Assembly (NCBI GenBank): GCA_965226055.1
Contig: CBDDCA010000005.1
Location: 384,001 to 448,000 of the forward strand
DNA: 64,000 bases
Source of the DNA: Spirochaetia bacterium
GTDB taxonomy: Bacteria; Spirochaetota; Spirochaetia; WTKD01; G963693115
Reading direction: 5' to 3'
Shown: one piece after another, positions 1-10,843 of the stretch
Layout: every line of letters starts with the position of its first letter
How positions within the stretch are numbered: the first letter of the stretch is position 1
The notes under the pieces: generated by a model
What the model saw: the letters and a program-made list of their open reading frames with translations, nothing else
Told to the model about the DNA's origin: nothing
The model's database searches: none
Translations under genes and position numbers: made by a program

Positions 1-3000
1 TGGGGCTAGGGTTACTGTTCCCTCCTGAACCTTGCCTTGTTTTTTCTGCAGTGATAATATCTTGTAGTGCTTTCTTTGTTGTTGGTCTGTAATAAGTAGC
101 CGATTGTCCTGCTAGTTTCACCAGCCCTGTCTCTACATTGATAGTTGCAAGTGCCTTTTGTCCCGAGTATGCTCCTGAAGAAGTAATCGTACATTCCACT
201 ACCTCGTAGTTATACTCAGTTATAGCAGTATCATATATGTTTGATTTATTTGCTGTGCCTGTTATTGTTATTGTATTGGTATTTTTTGCAAATGTTACTG
301 CTAAGCCTGTTTCTTCTTTGAGTGTGCTGTCATCTAAGGTGCTTTCATCACAGGTAAAGGTAAGTCCACTAGGACTGATACTGGTAAGTACTCTTGTAGT
401 ATTTTGTGCAAGTGCTGTGCCTACTGTTGCTGATACCTTTGTGGCATTTCCTATCGCTACTGCTGGGGTGCTGGCAGATACTGCTGTTGCTTCTGCTGAT
501 ACCTTTGTCTTTTTGAGGCTGTTTACTGCTACTGCGGTGATATAGTACTTTGTATTCAATCGTAGATTGCGTATTGTATAGCTTGTTGCTCCTATTGGTA
601 CATCGTCTTTTTCTGCTCCTTCTTGTGCATCGCTTGCTGCTTTTGCTTGTGTTTTTACTGTTGCTCCATCTATGTTTGTTTTTGAGACTGCATAATACAC
701 TATATAGTCTATTTGATTATCTCTTAAATCAGTTCCTTCTGCTGTTGTTCCTTTTACGGTTGGGGCTGTTATGGTAAGTACTATGGTTGCTCCTTGTGCA
801 TTTGCTTGTATGATGGGCTTTCCTGGTGCGGCATAGGCTTCTTTTGCGATAAACTCCTTGCGTGATCCTGTTGCCTCTTTGTTGGTATCGGTGCTGTTTA
901 CTGCTTGCACTACTATTTCGTAAGTTGTGCCTACTGTCAATCCTGTCAGAGTGCTGTTGGTTGTGCCTGCTGCTACTGCTGTGGAGCTTCCTGCTGCTGT
1001 TTTTATTTGTGCTACTGTCCTTATTGCACTGCCACTCTTGGCTACTTTGTATACTTTGTACGATACTTGTGCTACTGTTAGGGTGTCTCCTTTGTTTGTT
1101 TTGTGGCTTGCATTGAGGCTGGGGGCTGTCCACGATACTGTTGCACTCCCTCCTGTTACTCCTCCTACTTGTATGTTGCTTACTTCTGCGGGGGCAGTCG
1201 CCTGTGATGTGGTTGTTACGCTTGCCACTGTCGATACTGCTTTTTTGCTTGTGTCTGTTTTTACTGCTACTTCTACCACAAAATGATACTTTGTTGCTCC
1301 CTTTATTGCTATCACTGGATCTGTATCTGCAGATAAGCCTAAACTGCTAAGGGCTTGTACTGTGTACACTCCGCTACTTGCCGTGCCTATACTTACTCTT
1401 CTGCCTCTTTGTACTTCTGCTACTGTAGGCGTTGTGTCTTTCTGTAAGCCGTACACTGTGTATACTAGCTCATCATTGCTTGTTACTGTTGTGCCATCTT
1501 TGTTTTTTGCTCCTGTTATTGTGCTTAACTGTGTGAGTACGAGCTTTATTGTTCCTGTCGTGTTTGTTGAGGGTGATACTACCAGCTTACCTGTTAAGGA
1601 CGATGTAGGGGCTGTTGCTTTTGAGGTGGGGATAGTGCTTAATTCTAATTTTTGTATCAGTGCAGGGTCTTTGCTTTGTGCTTTCTTTGTTGCATAGGGA
1701 TTGAGGCTGTTTATTGCTTCTATGCCTATGGTGTACACTGCTCCTTTTGTTCCTATAAATGTTCCTCGTAAGCTGCTGTTTCCTGCTATCTCTTGCGTTT
1801 GTACTCCTCCCATTGCTTTTATTTCCGCTATAGTTTTAGTACTCTGGTCTCCTGCTACTATGTATACTTTGTACTGTATTTGTGCCTGTGTGAGTTGTCT
1901 GTCGTTGGGTGCTTTATGGTTACTGGTAATTGTTCCTTTTTGAAACTCATACTGTACGGTATCGCTTGTCTGTGTTGATGTTTCGATAAACAGTGATAGA
2001 TTTTCTGGTGCTGGGGGAACAGTGGATACTGCATCATATACTGCTACTTTATCAGTGAGCGTTGTTGGGGGGCTTACTCTGTTATTCTCTACTGTGAGAA
2101 AGGTAAAGCTATAGCTTTTTGCATTTGCTTGCGTTGAGGATACTTCTATGCCATCTGCTATGCCAAAGCTAATGGTGGTTGCTGTACTTGTTATGCTTTT
2201 TTCTGCTACCAAGTTTGTGCCATCTAACATACGCAGGGTGTAGTACTTATTTGATCCAGGAGCTTGCTTAAAGCTTGCTTTTATTTGTATTGCTCCTGTT
2301 GTTGTAACTAGGGCAGGCTTGCTTTGAAAGAGATCTTCTGAGGGGGCTGTGAGTGAGTTGGGGGTGCTTATGTCTTTTGTTGCTTGGGTGCTTTTATTTT
2401 CTGAGTAATCATAGGTGAGTATTGTTATGGTATATGTTTTTCCTTGCACAAGTTCTTCAACAGAGAGTGCTGTTGTGGGATAGGGTATTTTCTTCTCGTT
2501 CAGTACTGCAGTACTTGTGCCTTTTTCTGCTATGCTTATGCTGTATTCTTTTATGTCTTTGTTATTGGCTTTTGTTGTATCGGGTGCTGTCCATGTTATC
2601 TGTGTGCCTATCTTTGCTGCTGATACAAAGGGATAGCTTGCTTGTATGTTTGTCACTGCATCGGGGGCGGTGCTATCTGCTGCTGTGGTTACTGTGGCTG
2701 TTGCTTCTGTTCCTTTGTTGCCTGCACTGTCCATTGATACAACTGCCACTGTATACTCGGTGGTTGCTTTGAGGCCTGGTATCTGAGTATTGCGTACTGC
2801 TCTCTCTATTATTGTCACTGTCTTTGCTGGGGTACTGCTGTCCTTTTCTGTTGCTGTTATAGTCACTCCTGCATAATCTCGTACATCGGGGGCTTGCCAG
2901 CCTACTACTATGCTTGTTGCTCCTCCTACGGCACTTACATTGCTTACAGGCTCTGTGCTTTTGTCTGTTGTTGCTTGTTCTTTTGACACTGCAGTGGAGT

Positions 3001-4117
3001 ACTTTCCGTTTTGAGAAACATACACTTCTACTTTGTACGTAAGCGTGCCATAGAGTTTTGTGAGGGCTATGCCATCCTTTGCTACATACACAGTGGCGTA
3101 CTCTTGATTGTCTGCACTTGCAGAACTGAGTTTGGCTGTACTGCTATTGTTCACAGTTTCTTCTGCTACTACTGTATTTGTTGCTGTTGCTATAACGCGT
3201 ACTAAGAGGCTTTTGTCCGTAAAGGTAACATTTCCCCACTTGATAAGCAGGCTCTCATCGGCTGGGCTATTGCTTTCATCGTTTGCTGTTACTGTAAGAT
3301 TTGCCTCTGGCAGTGGCGTTACTGTTTGTGAAAGCTGGGATGCTTGCACGCCTGTCAATACTGTTGTAGGACTGCTTGTGTTGTCATTTCTGTCTTTGTA
3401 GCGTATTTCTACATCATAGGATATGCCTGCAAGCGTGGAGACATTTGAAAGTATAACTTCTCCTTGCTGTAGGTTCTGCACGGTAGCTTGTGCAAGCACT
3501 ATGCCACCAGTCGTGCTTTTTACCACTATCGTGGCTTCGGCTATATCTGTCTTGCCTGATGCAAGTCGCTCTTTATCCCATGTTATCTTTATGCCATCCC
3601 CCGACTTCTCTACTCCTACCTGTGTCAATGTGTCCTGTGGTGCAGTAGTATCTATCAGTGTTGTCACGGAGCGTGTTGTTTTTGGTGATACTTCCGTGTC
3701 TTTTTGTGCCTCTATCTCTACAGTGTAGTTGGTGAGTGCTTGTAAGCCTTTGAGTTGGTACGATTGTCCTTGTTGAAAGAGTGTTTGATATTCTATTGCA
3801 GGAACACGCACTTGTATGGACTGTGCTGGTGCGGTAGATGTAGCTTTTACGACTACATGCGTGGCATCGCTGGGAGCTTCCCAGCGTAATGCAAGTGTCC
3901 CATCGTTGCTTGCTACTTGTATCTGCACATTGGACACTGATGCGAGTGTCGGGGTTACTGGCGTTCCCCCTCCGCCTGATGAGGAACTGCTACTGCCCTC
4001 CGAACATCCTACGAGTACGAGGGTAGTCATTGCTAGCACTAAAAATAGCGCAACAACTATAAATATGTTCAGCTTACCATTTAGCTGATAGTTTAGTTTT
4101 TCATTACTTTTTTTCAT
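1..4117 (-). CDS. Large surface lipoprotein, paralogue 1 (FN3-rich stalk; 3' end outside window)
   Basis: ATG at 4117 with AAGGAG RBS and lipobox LVLVGC-SEGSSSSSSGGG. Collinear with 28706-33292. Frame at window start (VKLAGQSATYYRPTTKKALQDIITAE) matches the start frame. Absent from the ORF track, presumably because no stop lies in the window. Confidence 0.9.
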   Translation of the reverse strand, partial: MKKSNEKLNYQLNGKLNIFIVVALFLVLAMTTLVLVGCSEGSSSSSSGGGGTPVTPTLASVSNVQIQVASNDGTLALRWEAPSDATHVVVKATSTAPAQSIQVRVPAIEYQTLFQQGQSYQLKGLQALTNYTVEIEAQKDTEVSPKTTRSVTTLIDTTAPQDTLTQVGVEKSGDGIKITWDKERLASGKTDIAEATIVVKSTTGGIVLAQATVQNLQQGEVILSNVSTLAGISYDVEIRYKDRNDNTSSPTTVLTGVQASQLSQTVTPLPEANLTVTANDESNSPADESLLIKWGNVTFTDKSLLVRVIATATNTVVAEETVNNSSTAKLSSASADNQEYATVYVAKDGIALTKLYGTLTYKVEVYVSQNGKYSTAVSKEQATTDKSTEPVSNVSAVGGATSIVVGWQAPDVRDYAGVTITATEKDSSTPAKTVTIIERAVRNTQIPGLKATTEYTVAVVSMDSAGNKGTEATATVTTAADSTAPDAVTNIQASYPFVSAAKIGTQITWTAPDTTKANNKDIKEYSISIAEKGTSTAVLNEKKIPYPTTALSVEELVQGKTYTITILTYDYSENKSTQATKDISTPNSLTAPSEDLFQSKPALVTTTGAIQIKASFKQAPGSNKYYTLRMLDGTNLVAEKSITSTATTISFGIADGIEVSSTQANAKSYSFTFLTVENNRVSPPTTLTDKVAVYDAVSTVPPAPENLSLFIETSTQTSDTVQYEFQKGTITSNHKAPNDRQLTQAQIQYKVYIVAGDQSTKTIAEIKAMGGVQTQEIAGNSSLRGTFIGTKGAVYTIGIEAINSLNPYATKKAQSKDPALIQKLELSTIPTSKATAPTSSLTGKLVVSPSTNTTGTIKLVLTQLSTITGAKNKDGTTVTSNDELVYTVYGLQKDTTPTVAEVQRGRRVSIGTASSGVYTVQALSSLGLSADTDPVIAIKGATKYHFVVEVAVKTDTSKKAVSTVASVTTTSQATAPAEVSNIQVGGVTGGSATVSWTAPSLNASHKTNKGDTLTVAQVSYKVYKVAKSGSAIRTVAQIKTAAGSSTAVAAGTTNSTLTGLTVGTTYEIVVQAVNSTDTNKEATGSRKEFIAKEAYAAPGKPIIQANAQGATIVLTITAPTVKGTTAEGTDLRDNQIDYIVYYAVSKTNIDGATVKTQAKAASDAQEGAEKDDVPIGATSYTIRNLRLNTKYYITAVAVNSLKKTKVSAEATAVSASTPAVAIGNATKVSATVGTALAQNTTRVLTSISPSGLTFTCDESTLDDSTLKEETGLAVTFAKNTNTITITGTANKSNIYDTAITEYNYEVVECTITSSGAYSGQKALATINVETGLVKLAGQSATYYRPTTKKALQDIITAEKTRQGSGGNSNPSP

Positions 4118-4146
4118 AATGTTCTCCTTGTTGGTATCTATGTATT

Positions 4147-4179
4147 GTGTAATTATCATTACACCTAAGCATCATTATA
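4147..4179 (-). promoter_or_regulatory. Putative -10 (TATAAT) and downstream 7-4-7 palindrome of paralogue 1
   Basis: TATAAT on minus strand at 4174-4179; GTGTAAT-tatc-ATTACAC at 4147-4164; near copy at 33321-33338. Confidence 0.5.
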
Positions 4180-4215
4180 GTACAAATACTATTTTTTGTG
4201 TTATCTCTATAAATT

Positions 4216-4230
4216 AAAAAAAAAAAAAAA
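4216..4230. repeat. A15 homopolymer upstream of paralogue 1
   Basis: 15 consecutive A (T15 on the coding strand) ~100 bp upstream of the ATG. Confidence 0.85.
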
Positions 4231-4389
4231 TGGGATGAAATACACAAAAATATACATACACTATAGTAATATATACTACAATAGAGATACTATGCACAAC
4301 AAAGAACCCATGATTTCCCAAACATACAAAAAAACATGAAATACAAAATACGCTATAATGATATTAGTAATATTTATAAGGAGTATACT

Positions 4390-4578
4390 ATGCAATGTTG
4401 TAATACTTGTCAATGTACAACAGGTGATGAAATATGCTGTTCATGTACCTGTAATGAAACTATAAATGATTGTTGTAATGAAATAAAACATAACAACTGT
4501 TCATGTACTTGTGATGAAACTACAGGCTATAATTGTACCCCACATCACACAGCTAGCATTCATTGTAGTTGCAATTAG
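4390..4578 (+). CDS. Cys-rich metallothionein-like peptide (62 aa)
   Basis: AAGGAG RBS before ATG 4390; 16 Cys and 4 His in CC/CxC/CxCxC clusters; internal repeat CSCTC(N/D)ET. Confidence 0.7.
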   Translation: MQCCNTCQCTTGDEICCSCTCNETINDCCNEIKHNNCSCTCDETTGYNCTPHHTASIHCSCN

Positions 4579-4731
4579 TATAAGCGTATAACTTATACTA
4601 TAAAATATATACCATACAAACTCAATACCTTTCAAGAAATAAAACTGGTATATACATATTATTGTATGTTCTTCTTGTACATATAATAATATGCACTATT
4701 CTTTTAAGAAGTAATTCTATACAATAAAAGT

Positions 4732-7329
4732 ATGGAACATGATATCAATCCTATTATACAACAATCATTACAAGAGGCACTTGCCCTTGCAGAAGAGCTA
4801 CATCATGGAGAAGTAACTAGCTATCATCTTTTTGAAGAGCTTACAAAAAAACAAGCCATTATTACCCTGCTTGAACAAAGTTTAAGGCAATCTCCCAATA
4901 CTACAGAAAGTCCTGTAGAGCTTCTCCGACAAAAAAATCAACAGACACTCAGTACCTTTAGCAAAGTAAGTGACAGTAATGGAAATGTCCATACCGAATT
5001 AAGCCGTGAAATATACACTATTATACGACAAGCTCCGCGCATTGCACAGCACATGAACAATGAGTTAGGTATTATCCATATTTTTCTCGCAACAATTAGG
5101 TTTGGCAAAGTAGGAACACTATTTGAAAAACAAAATATTGCTCATATTGAAAAGACAGTGCAGAATAACACAGAAAATACAACCACAAGCAATACATCAC
5201 AAGGAATACTAGAACAGTATACTCGTGATATTGTACAAGAAGCACGGAAAGGAAAGATTGATCCTATTATTGGTCGAGATAATGAAATTAGACGTATTAT
5301 ACAAGTGCTATGTCGAAGAACAAAAAATAATCCAGTACTCGTAGGAGATCCTGGTGTAGGAAAAACCGCTATTGTAGAAGGGCTTGCCAACAGAATAGTA
5401 GATAAAGATGTTCCTGAAAGTATGCATAATAAACGAGTGCTTGAACTTGATTTAGGGCAGCTCATTGCTGGTGCAAAATTTCGTGGAGAATTTGAAGAAC
5501 GATTAAAAAATATCATTCAAACAGTCAAAGAAAGTAATGGCGAAATTATATTGTTTATTGATGAGCTACATACAGTAGTTGGTGCTGGTGCTACAGAAGG
5601 AAGCATGGATGCATCAAATTTACTAAAACCTATGCTTGCCCGAGGAGAGTTAAGAACTATAGGAGCAACTACCTTTGATGAATATAAAAAAAATATTGAA
5701 AAAGACAAAGCCTTAGAAAGAAGGTTTCAGCAAGTATATGTACATGAGCCTAGTATAGAAGATAGTATATCTATACTACGTGGACTGCGTGACAGATACG
5801 AAGTACATCATGGAGTACGCATCAAAGATGAAGCGTTGGTAGCAGCAGTTACTCTCTCGTTTCGATATATTGGTGGACGTTTCTTACCAGATAAAGCAAT
5901 AGATTTAATTGATGAAGCTGCAAGTCGCTTAAAAACCGAAATTGAAAGTCAACCAACCGAACTTGATATACTTGAACGAAAAGTACGACAAGTAGAAATG
6001 GAAATAAGCTCAATATCAAAAGATAAAGACGAAGAATCAAAAAAGAGACAAAAAAAATTGCAAACATCTTTAGCGCAGCTACAACAAGAAACACAGAACA
6101 TGAAACAACGATGGAACGCAGAAAAAGAAAGCATTGATGCACTGCGCAATATAAAAGCAGAAATTGATACGCTAAAGGCAGATCAGCAACGTTTTGAACG
6201 TGAAGGAAACTATGAAAAAGCAGCAGAAATAAAGTACGGCATTATCCCCGAAAAAGAAAAACAACTACAATCATATATAGAAAAACAGCAAAGCATCACG
6301 TATCAACACGCTCAAAATACACTGCTTCGTGATGAAGTAACTGCAGAAGATATTGCCTATATAGTGTCAATTTCCACAGGAATACCAGTAGCCCGATTAA
6401 ACAGCACAGAGAAAGACACACTTTTACACCTAGAAGAACATCTTCAACAGCGTGTAAAAGGACAGGAAGCGGCAATACAGGCAGTAAGCAACGCAGTACG
6501 AAGAAATAAAAGCGGTTTATCAGATGAAGGAAAACCCATAGCCACATTGCTGTTTCTTGGACCTACTGGGGTTGGAAAAACTGAGCTTGCAAAAGCATTA
6601 GCAGAATTTCTGTTTGATAGCGAACAAAATATCATACGCATTGATATGAGTGAATACATGGAATCACATTCAGTAGCACGCATGATAGGTGCTCCTCCTG
6701 GCTACATAGGACATGAAGATGGAGGACAGCTTACTGAACAGATAAAACGAAATCCTTTTTCTGTTATATTATTTGATGAGTTTGAAAAAGCTCATCCTGA
6801 AGTGCTTAATATTATGCTACAAATATTTGATGATGGAAGATTAACCGATAATAAAGGTACTCTTATTGATTTTTCAAATACTATTATAATACTCACAAGT
6901 AATATAGGAAGTAACTATATTTTAAGCAATGATATAGACAAACATGAAATACAAGAGCGTATACACAGTGAACTTGCCGCTATATGTAAGCCTGAATTTC
7001 TCAATAGAATAGATGAAACTATTATATTTAATCGACTAGAGTTTCCTGTATTACATGAAATAGCAGAAAGAGAAATAGCATTACTTCGTAATAGAGTAGC
7101 GTCAAAAGGATATACCCTTGAGATAAGCAAACAAGCATTAGGCTTTATTGTAGAGCAAGGCTACAGCAATACAATGGGAGCACGTCCTCTTAAGCGTGCA
7201 ATAGAACAGTACTTAACAAACCCACTCGCAATATATCTCTTAGAGCAAGATGAACAAAAAGGACACAATAGTATAAAAATAGATTACTCAGACGGAAAAA
7301 TACAAATACATAGTGCATCTGATATATAG
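4732..7329 (+). CDS. clpB: ATP-dependent chaperone ClpB
   Basis: Two AAA+ modules ([16 protein letters not shown]), [10 protein letters not shown], long coiled-coil middle domain, GAPPGYIG. Confidence 0.96.
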   Translation: MEHDINPIIQQSLQEALALAEELHHGEVTSYHLFEELTKKQAIITLLEQSLRQSPNTTESPVELLRQKNQQTLSTFSKVSDSNGNVHTELSREIYTIIRQAPRIAQHMNNELGIIHIFLATIRFGKVGTLFEKQNIAHIEKTVQNNTENTTTSNTSQGILEQYTRDIVQEARKGKIDPIIGRDNEIRRIIQVLCRRTKNNPVLVGDPGVGKTAIVEGLANRIVDKDVPESMHNKRVLELDLGQLIAGAKFRGEFEERLKNIIQTVKESNGEIILFIDELHTVVGAGATEGSMDASNLLKPMLARGELRTIGATTFDEYKKNIEKDKALERRFQQVYVHEPSIEDSISILRGLRDRYEVHHGVRIKDEALVAAVTLSFRYIGGRFLPDKAIDLIDEAASRLKTEIESQPTELDILERKVRQVEMEISSISKDKDEESKKRQKKLQTSLAQLQQETQNMKQRWNAEKESIDALRNIKAEIDTLKADQQRFEREGNYEKAAEIKYGIIPEKEKQLQSYIEKQQSITYQHAQNTLLRDEVTAEDIAYIVSISTGIPVARLNSTEKDTLLHLEEHLQQRVKGQEAAIQAVSNAVRRNKSGLSDEGKPIATLLFLGPTGVGKTELAKALAEFLFDSEQNIIRIDMSEYMESHSVARMIGAPPGYIGHEDGGQLTEQIKRNPFSVILFDEFEKAHPEVLNIMLQIFDDGRLTDNKGTLIDFSNTIIILTSNIGSNYILSNDIDKHEIQERIHSELAAICKPEFLNRIDETIIFNRLEFPVLHEIAEREIALLRNRVASKGYTLEISKQALGFIVEQGYSNTMGARPLKRAIEQYLTNPLAIYLLEQDEQKGHNSIKIDYSDGKIQIHSASDI

Positions 7330-7385
7330 CACTCTCATTACATCCCCTCCCCTTTTAAGAAGAGAGTATAGAAATAACACACTCC

Positions 7386-7429
7386 TTATATAAAAAAGAG
7401 GAAACATATGTTTCCTCTTTTTTATATAA
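7386..7429. terminator. Bidirectional terminator (perfect 44-bp palindrome)
   Basis: ttatataaaaaagaggaaacat/atgtttcctcttttttatataa between convergent genes. Confidence 0.8.
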
Positions 7430-7453
7430 CAAAACAATATCAAAAATATGACA

Positions 7454-9901
7454 TTAATTTTCTAGTAATTCAAACTCTACTCGTCTATTTTTCCATATAG
7501 TACTACTTGTTGGATTATCAACTTCAGGTTGAGAACCACCAACCGCACGAATATCTATACGATTTGCATCTATCCCTAAAATTTGTAACGCTTTGTTAAT
7601 CTGATATGCTCTGTTTCGAGATAAAGGAATAAGCACCTCTATTTGTTCTCTTTCAGCGGCTGCTCCTTTTAATAAAGCTGCTGCATGGCCTACTATTGTC
7701 ACATTATAGGTAGGATACGCTTTTAATAAACGAGCGATACTACGAACATACAGTAAGTTATCATATAACAAGCCTTTCTCTGACAGAGAAAATATATCAT
7801 CACTATATGCTGGAAAATAAATTTTAGGCATTTCATCACCAGGGCGCAAAATAGCTCCTTGCTCATACACACCAGAGTCTACTACAAATGAAATAGTTTT
7901 CACTGTTTCGTTCCCAAAGCTATCTCTTCCAATAAGACGATAAATATAATCTCCATCGACAACTATCTTATCATCCTTATCTTTCCCATCCCAGCTAAAA
8001 TCAGCAATAGTATCAGGAAATGTTTGAGAATAAATAAGAGTATCAAATATATTTCGTATTTCAACTGTCCATGTAACTCCTTTCTCACTTCCTTGCTGCC
8101 TTACAGTGAGATACCTATCAGCTTCATTTTCACTAGTAGGGTTCATTACTACCGACTCTGTAGAAAAACTACGTATGACAGGAGCTTGAGAATCAACAAG
8201 AATATTTTCTATACTGCTCTCTACCATGTCTCCATTAAAATATTCAATAGAAAGTACAAATGCATATTCTCCATCTGGAACAGGCTGTCCTGCATCATTT
8301 CTTGCATACCATTCAAACCCACTAAGCCCATACGATAAACGAGAAGACCGCACCACTCTATTATTTTTTTCGTTCTTCACAAACATAGCAAACTTACTGA
8401 TACCTATACGATCAAAATTAAATGTAAAATTGATGGGATCTGCAAAGGCAGATGCTTTTTTACGATCTACAGAAACTGATATTTCACGTGGTTTAGTATC
8501 TTTTATAGCTTTGAAAGGACCGATTCTTCCTTCATTTCCTGCTAGGTCTGTAGAGAAAAAACTTATTTCATATAGTCCATCAGGCAACTCTCTATCCATA
8601 AGCTCTATATTGGCAGGAACAGACATTTCAAATATATTATCAACAAAGCTCACAGAGTCACTATACACAGTTTGTTCCCCTTGTACTACCTCTATGTCCC
8701 AATCGGCTGTATCTAAGCGCTTCACACGTATGTCAACAGTATTGCGTAACTCTCCTCCAAAATAAAACGGATCTCCACTTTTTACTGGCTGTGGACTTGT
8801 TTGCATAAAAAAAGTAGCAAAAGGCTCTTGTGTATCAATTACCACCTCTACCATATTTGTAGTAAAATTCACATTGTTATTCTCTAATACAAGATATACA
8901 TTATAAGTACCATCAGAAATAGGAATGCCGTCCAACAATAAACCACTAAATATAATCTCAGTAGTACTCTCTTGTGGTATCCGTACTACCTCTTGATTCT
9001 TCATAGTTTGTACCACTAACTCTTTTATATCAAAATCTATCCCTAAACGCAAACTTGGAGGATAACGAAAGGATAATGATAACGTATCTCTAGATCCATC
9101 TGAGTTAGGAGAAAAATACCTATTTGCTGGCATTTCTAATAAAAAAGACCCTTCAGAACTTACAATAATCTGTGTTTCAACTTTATGCATTATCGCATTA
9201 CCAGCCATATCCTCCGCTAGTATATTCAATACATAATCACCATCAGGCAAAGCATTATTGTAAGTGTCAAAACCATTCCATTCCCATTTTTTTGGCAGAG
9301 TAAAAGCTGTATCTCCCTGCTCACGTAACAACACATATGTTTCCCTTGAAGCACTATTTTCTGCTTCAATCTCCCACGATACTTCTGGACTTGTTTCAAG
9401 ATCCAGCATAAGCACCGTATCCTCATCACCAGGAACTATAACATTACCAGAACTTATTCTTGAATAAAATACCTGCGGAGCAGTATTATCTATATGAATA
9501 GTATATGGCTGAGATATACTTTCAATATCTTTTTCATCCAAGATACCAACAGTATATACATATGTACCATCAGCTAAAAAATCCCCATTACGAGATTTTC
9601 CATCAAAAACAAAAGGGGGAATAGAGGTAGCTTTATCAAGCTGCTTATCTATTTCAAATAAAAATGTTCCATTTTGATCATATAAACGAAAGAAAAATTT
9701 CGTTATTTTTAAGCTACTAGGGATATCTACCTTACCATCAAAATCAATGGTGAGAGTATCAAATACCCCATCTTTATTTTCTGGTGAAAGAACATTTTGT
9801 TCCGGCACTCCCTTAAATGTTGCTTCTTCTACAGACCCAAAGCTAAACGCTATAGAACTAATTAGAGATACCATCATAATGCAGATTGCTATCTTTTTCA
9901 T
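7454..9901 (-). CDS. Exported FlgD-Ig-repeat protein with C-terminal OmpA-like domain
   Basis: Signal peptide; repeated SPNxDG and WxG...DGxY motifs; C-terminal IVGHA...LSRNRA...NRRVEF. Confidence 0.85.
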   Translation of the reverse strand: MKKIAICIMMVSLISSIAFSFGSVEEATFKGVPEQNVLSPENKDGVFDTLTIDFDGKVDIPSSLKITKFFFRLYDQNGTFLFEIDKQLDKATSIPPFVFDGKSRNGDFLADGTYVYTVGILDEKDIESISQPYTIHIDNTAPQVFYSRISSGNVIVPGDEDTVLMLDLETSPEVSWEIEAENSASRETYVLLREQGDTAFTLPKKWEWNGFDTYNNALPDGDYVLNILAEDMAGNAIMHKVETQIIVSSEGSFLLEMPANRYFSPNSDGSRDTLSLSFRYPPSLRLGIDFDIKELVVQTMKNQEVVRIPQESTTEIIFSGLLLDGIPISDGTYNVYLVLENNNVNFTTNMVEVVIDTQEPFATFFMQTSPQPVKSGDPFYFGGELRNTVDIRVKRLDTADWDIEVVQGEQTVYSDSVSFVDNIFEMSVPANIELMDRELPDGLYEISFFSTDLAGNEGRIGPFKAIKDTKPREISVSVDRKKASAFADPINFTFNFDRIGISKFAMFVKNEKNNRVVRSSRLSYGLSGFEWYARNDAGQPVPDGEYAFVLSIEYFNGDMVESSIENILVDSQAPVIRSFSTESVVMNPTSENEADRYLTVRQQGSEKGVTWTVEIRNIFDTLIYSQTFPDTIADFSWDGKDKDDKIVVDGDYIYRLIGRDSFGNETVKTISFVVDSGVYEQGAILRPGDEMPKIYFPAYSDDIFSLSEKGLLYDNLLYVRSIARLLKAYPTYNVTIVGHAAALLKGAAAEREQIEVLIPLSRNRAYQINKALQILGIDANRIDIRAVGGSQPEVDNPTSSTIWKNRRVEFELLEN

Positions 9902-9921
9902 ATATACTCCTTTTAATAATC

Positions 9922-10650
9922 TTATTTAGAAATTATAGAAACTGATAATACTAGCTGTATGCTATCATCTATTACTTTTTGATACACAGTATCATCATAA
10001 GTAATTATATTATAAATCACTACACCCCTATTATCGTTCATTTTTCTAAAAAAGGTTATATTATTTGTACTATTTTCCCTTATCATTATTGTATCATATT
10101 CCTTAATATAAGCAAATTGTAGGGTATCACTAAGGCTTATATTAAAAAAACTACTAAGGGTATCCTGAGTATCTACTAATTGCTCATAATAATCACTAGC
10201 AAGTGTAGCAAACATAGGAGACACTACAAAAGAACTGTCTGTACTATCTTCTCTAACATCACTGCCTTCTCCAACATCATTGTTATCTACAAGAGCTTCC
10301 AAAAGAACAGTAGAGAATATATTATGCATGGCAACTATCTCTTCAAGACTACTCATTGAAAGAGTAGCTAAAAAACTATTTTCTCTCATTGATTCTTCTA
10401 TTACATCAGCAGGAAAAGTAAGCAATTCTAAAGTATTTGAAATTCTAACAGTTTCTTCTTCTTCAAAAATATGCCATTGTTTAGGATACTGAAAACTAAA
10501 ATCAAAGTTTACGGCAACATAAGAACTAACATATTCGTTATCTACTAAATCAGTAGCATCTTCTTTAGTGCTTGCACAGCTAAAAAGAAACATAGCATAC
10601 AATAGGATAAAAGAGATAACAATATACTTATGTAAAAAATATCGTAGCAT
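9922..10650 (-). CDS. Hypothetical lipoprotein
   Basis: Hydrophobic leader ending FLFSC; FSFQYPKQW motif. Confidence 0.75.
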   Translation of the reverse strand: MLRYFLHKYIVISFILLYAMFLFSCASTKEDATDLVDNEYVSSYVAVNFDFSFQYPKQWHIFEEEETVRISNTLELLTFPADVIEESMRENSFLATLSMSSLEEIVAMHNIFSTVLLEALVDNNDVGEGSDVREDSTDSSFVVSPMFATLASDYYEQLVDTQDTLSSFFNISLSDTLQFAYIKEYDTIMIRENSTNNITFFRKMNDNRGVVIYNIITYDDTVYQKVIDDSIQLVLSVSIISK

Positions 10651-10723
10651 AGCCCCTTACTATTGTATCATGTTTACTATAATATGATGCAACTTATTTC
10701 ATATATCCACGAGTTCAAGGATA

Positions 10724-10747
10724 CGGATTCAAGGAATAATTGCGACA
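10724..10747 (+). repeat. 24-bp direct repeat, copy 1
   Basis: cggattcaaggaataattgcgaca; 22/24 identical to 22416-22439. Confidence 0.75.
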
Positions 10748-10843
10748 GGGAGCAAAAATAAGCTATGCAAACTTCTTTCATCAAGCTATACAATATTTTA
10801 TACCTAAATATAGCCTTATGCTATACTATATATAAGGAGAACA

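Noticed and set aside
237-4088. Many short + strand ORFs rich in Leu/Cys/Val (also at 24649-33281, 42144-47286, 59937-63950)
   Set aside because: Antisense shadows of the biased Thr/Ala/Lys codons of the large minus-strand genes; they repeat only because the host genes do
7325-7370. CIRCE-like TAGCACTC near clpB
   Set aside because: Half-site only, and downstream of the gene
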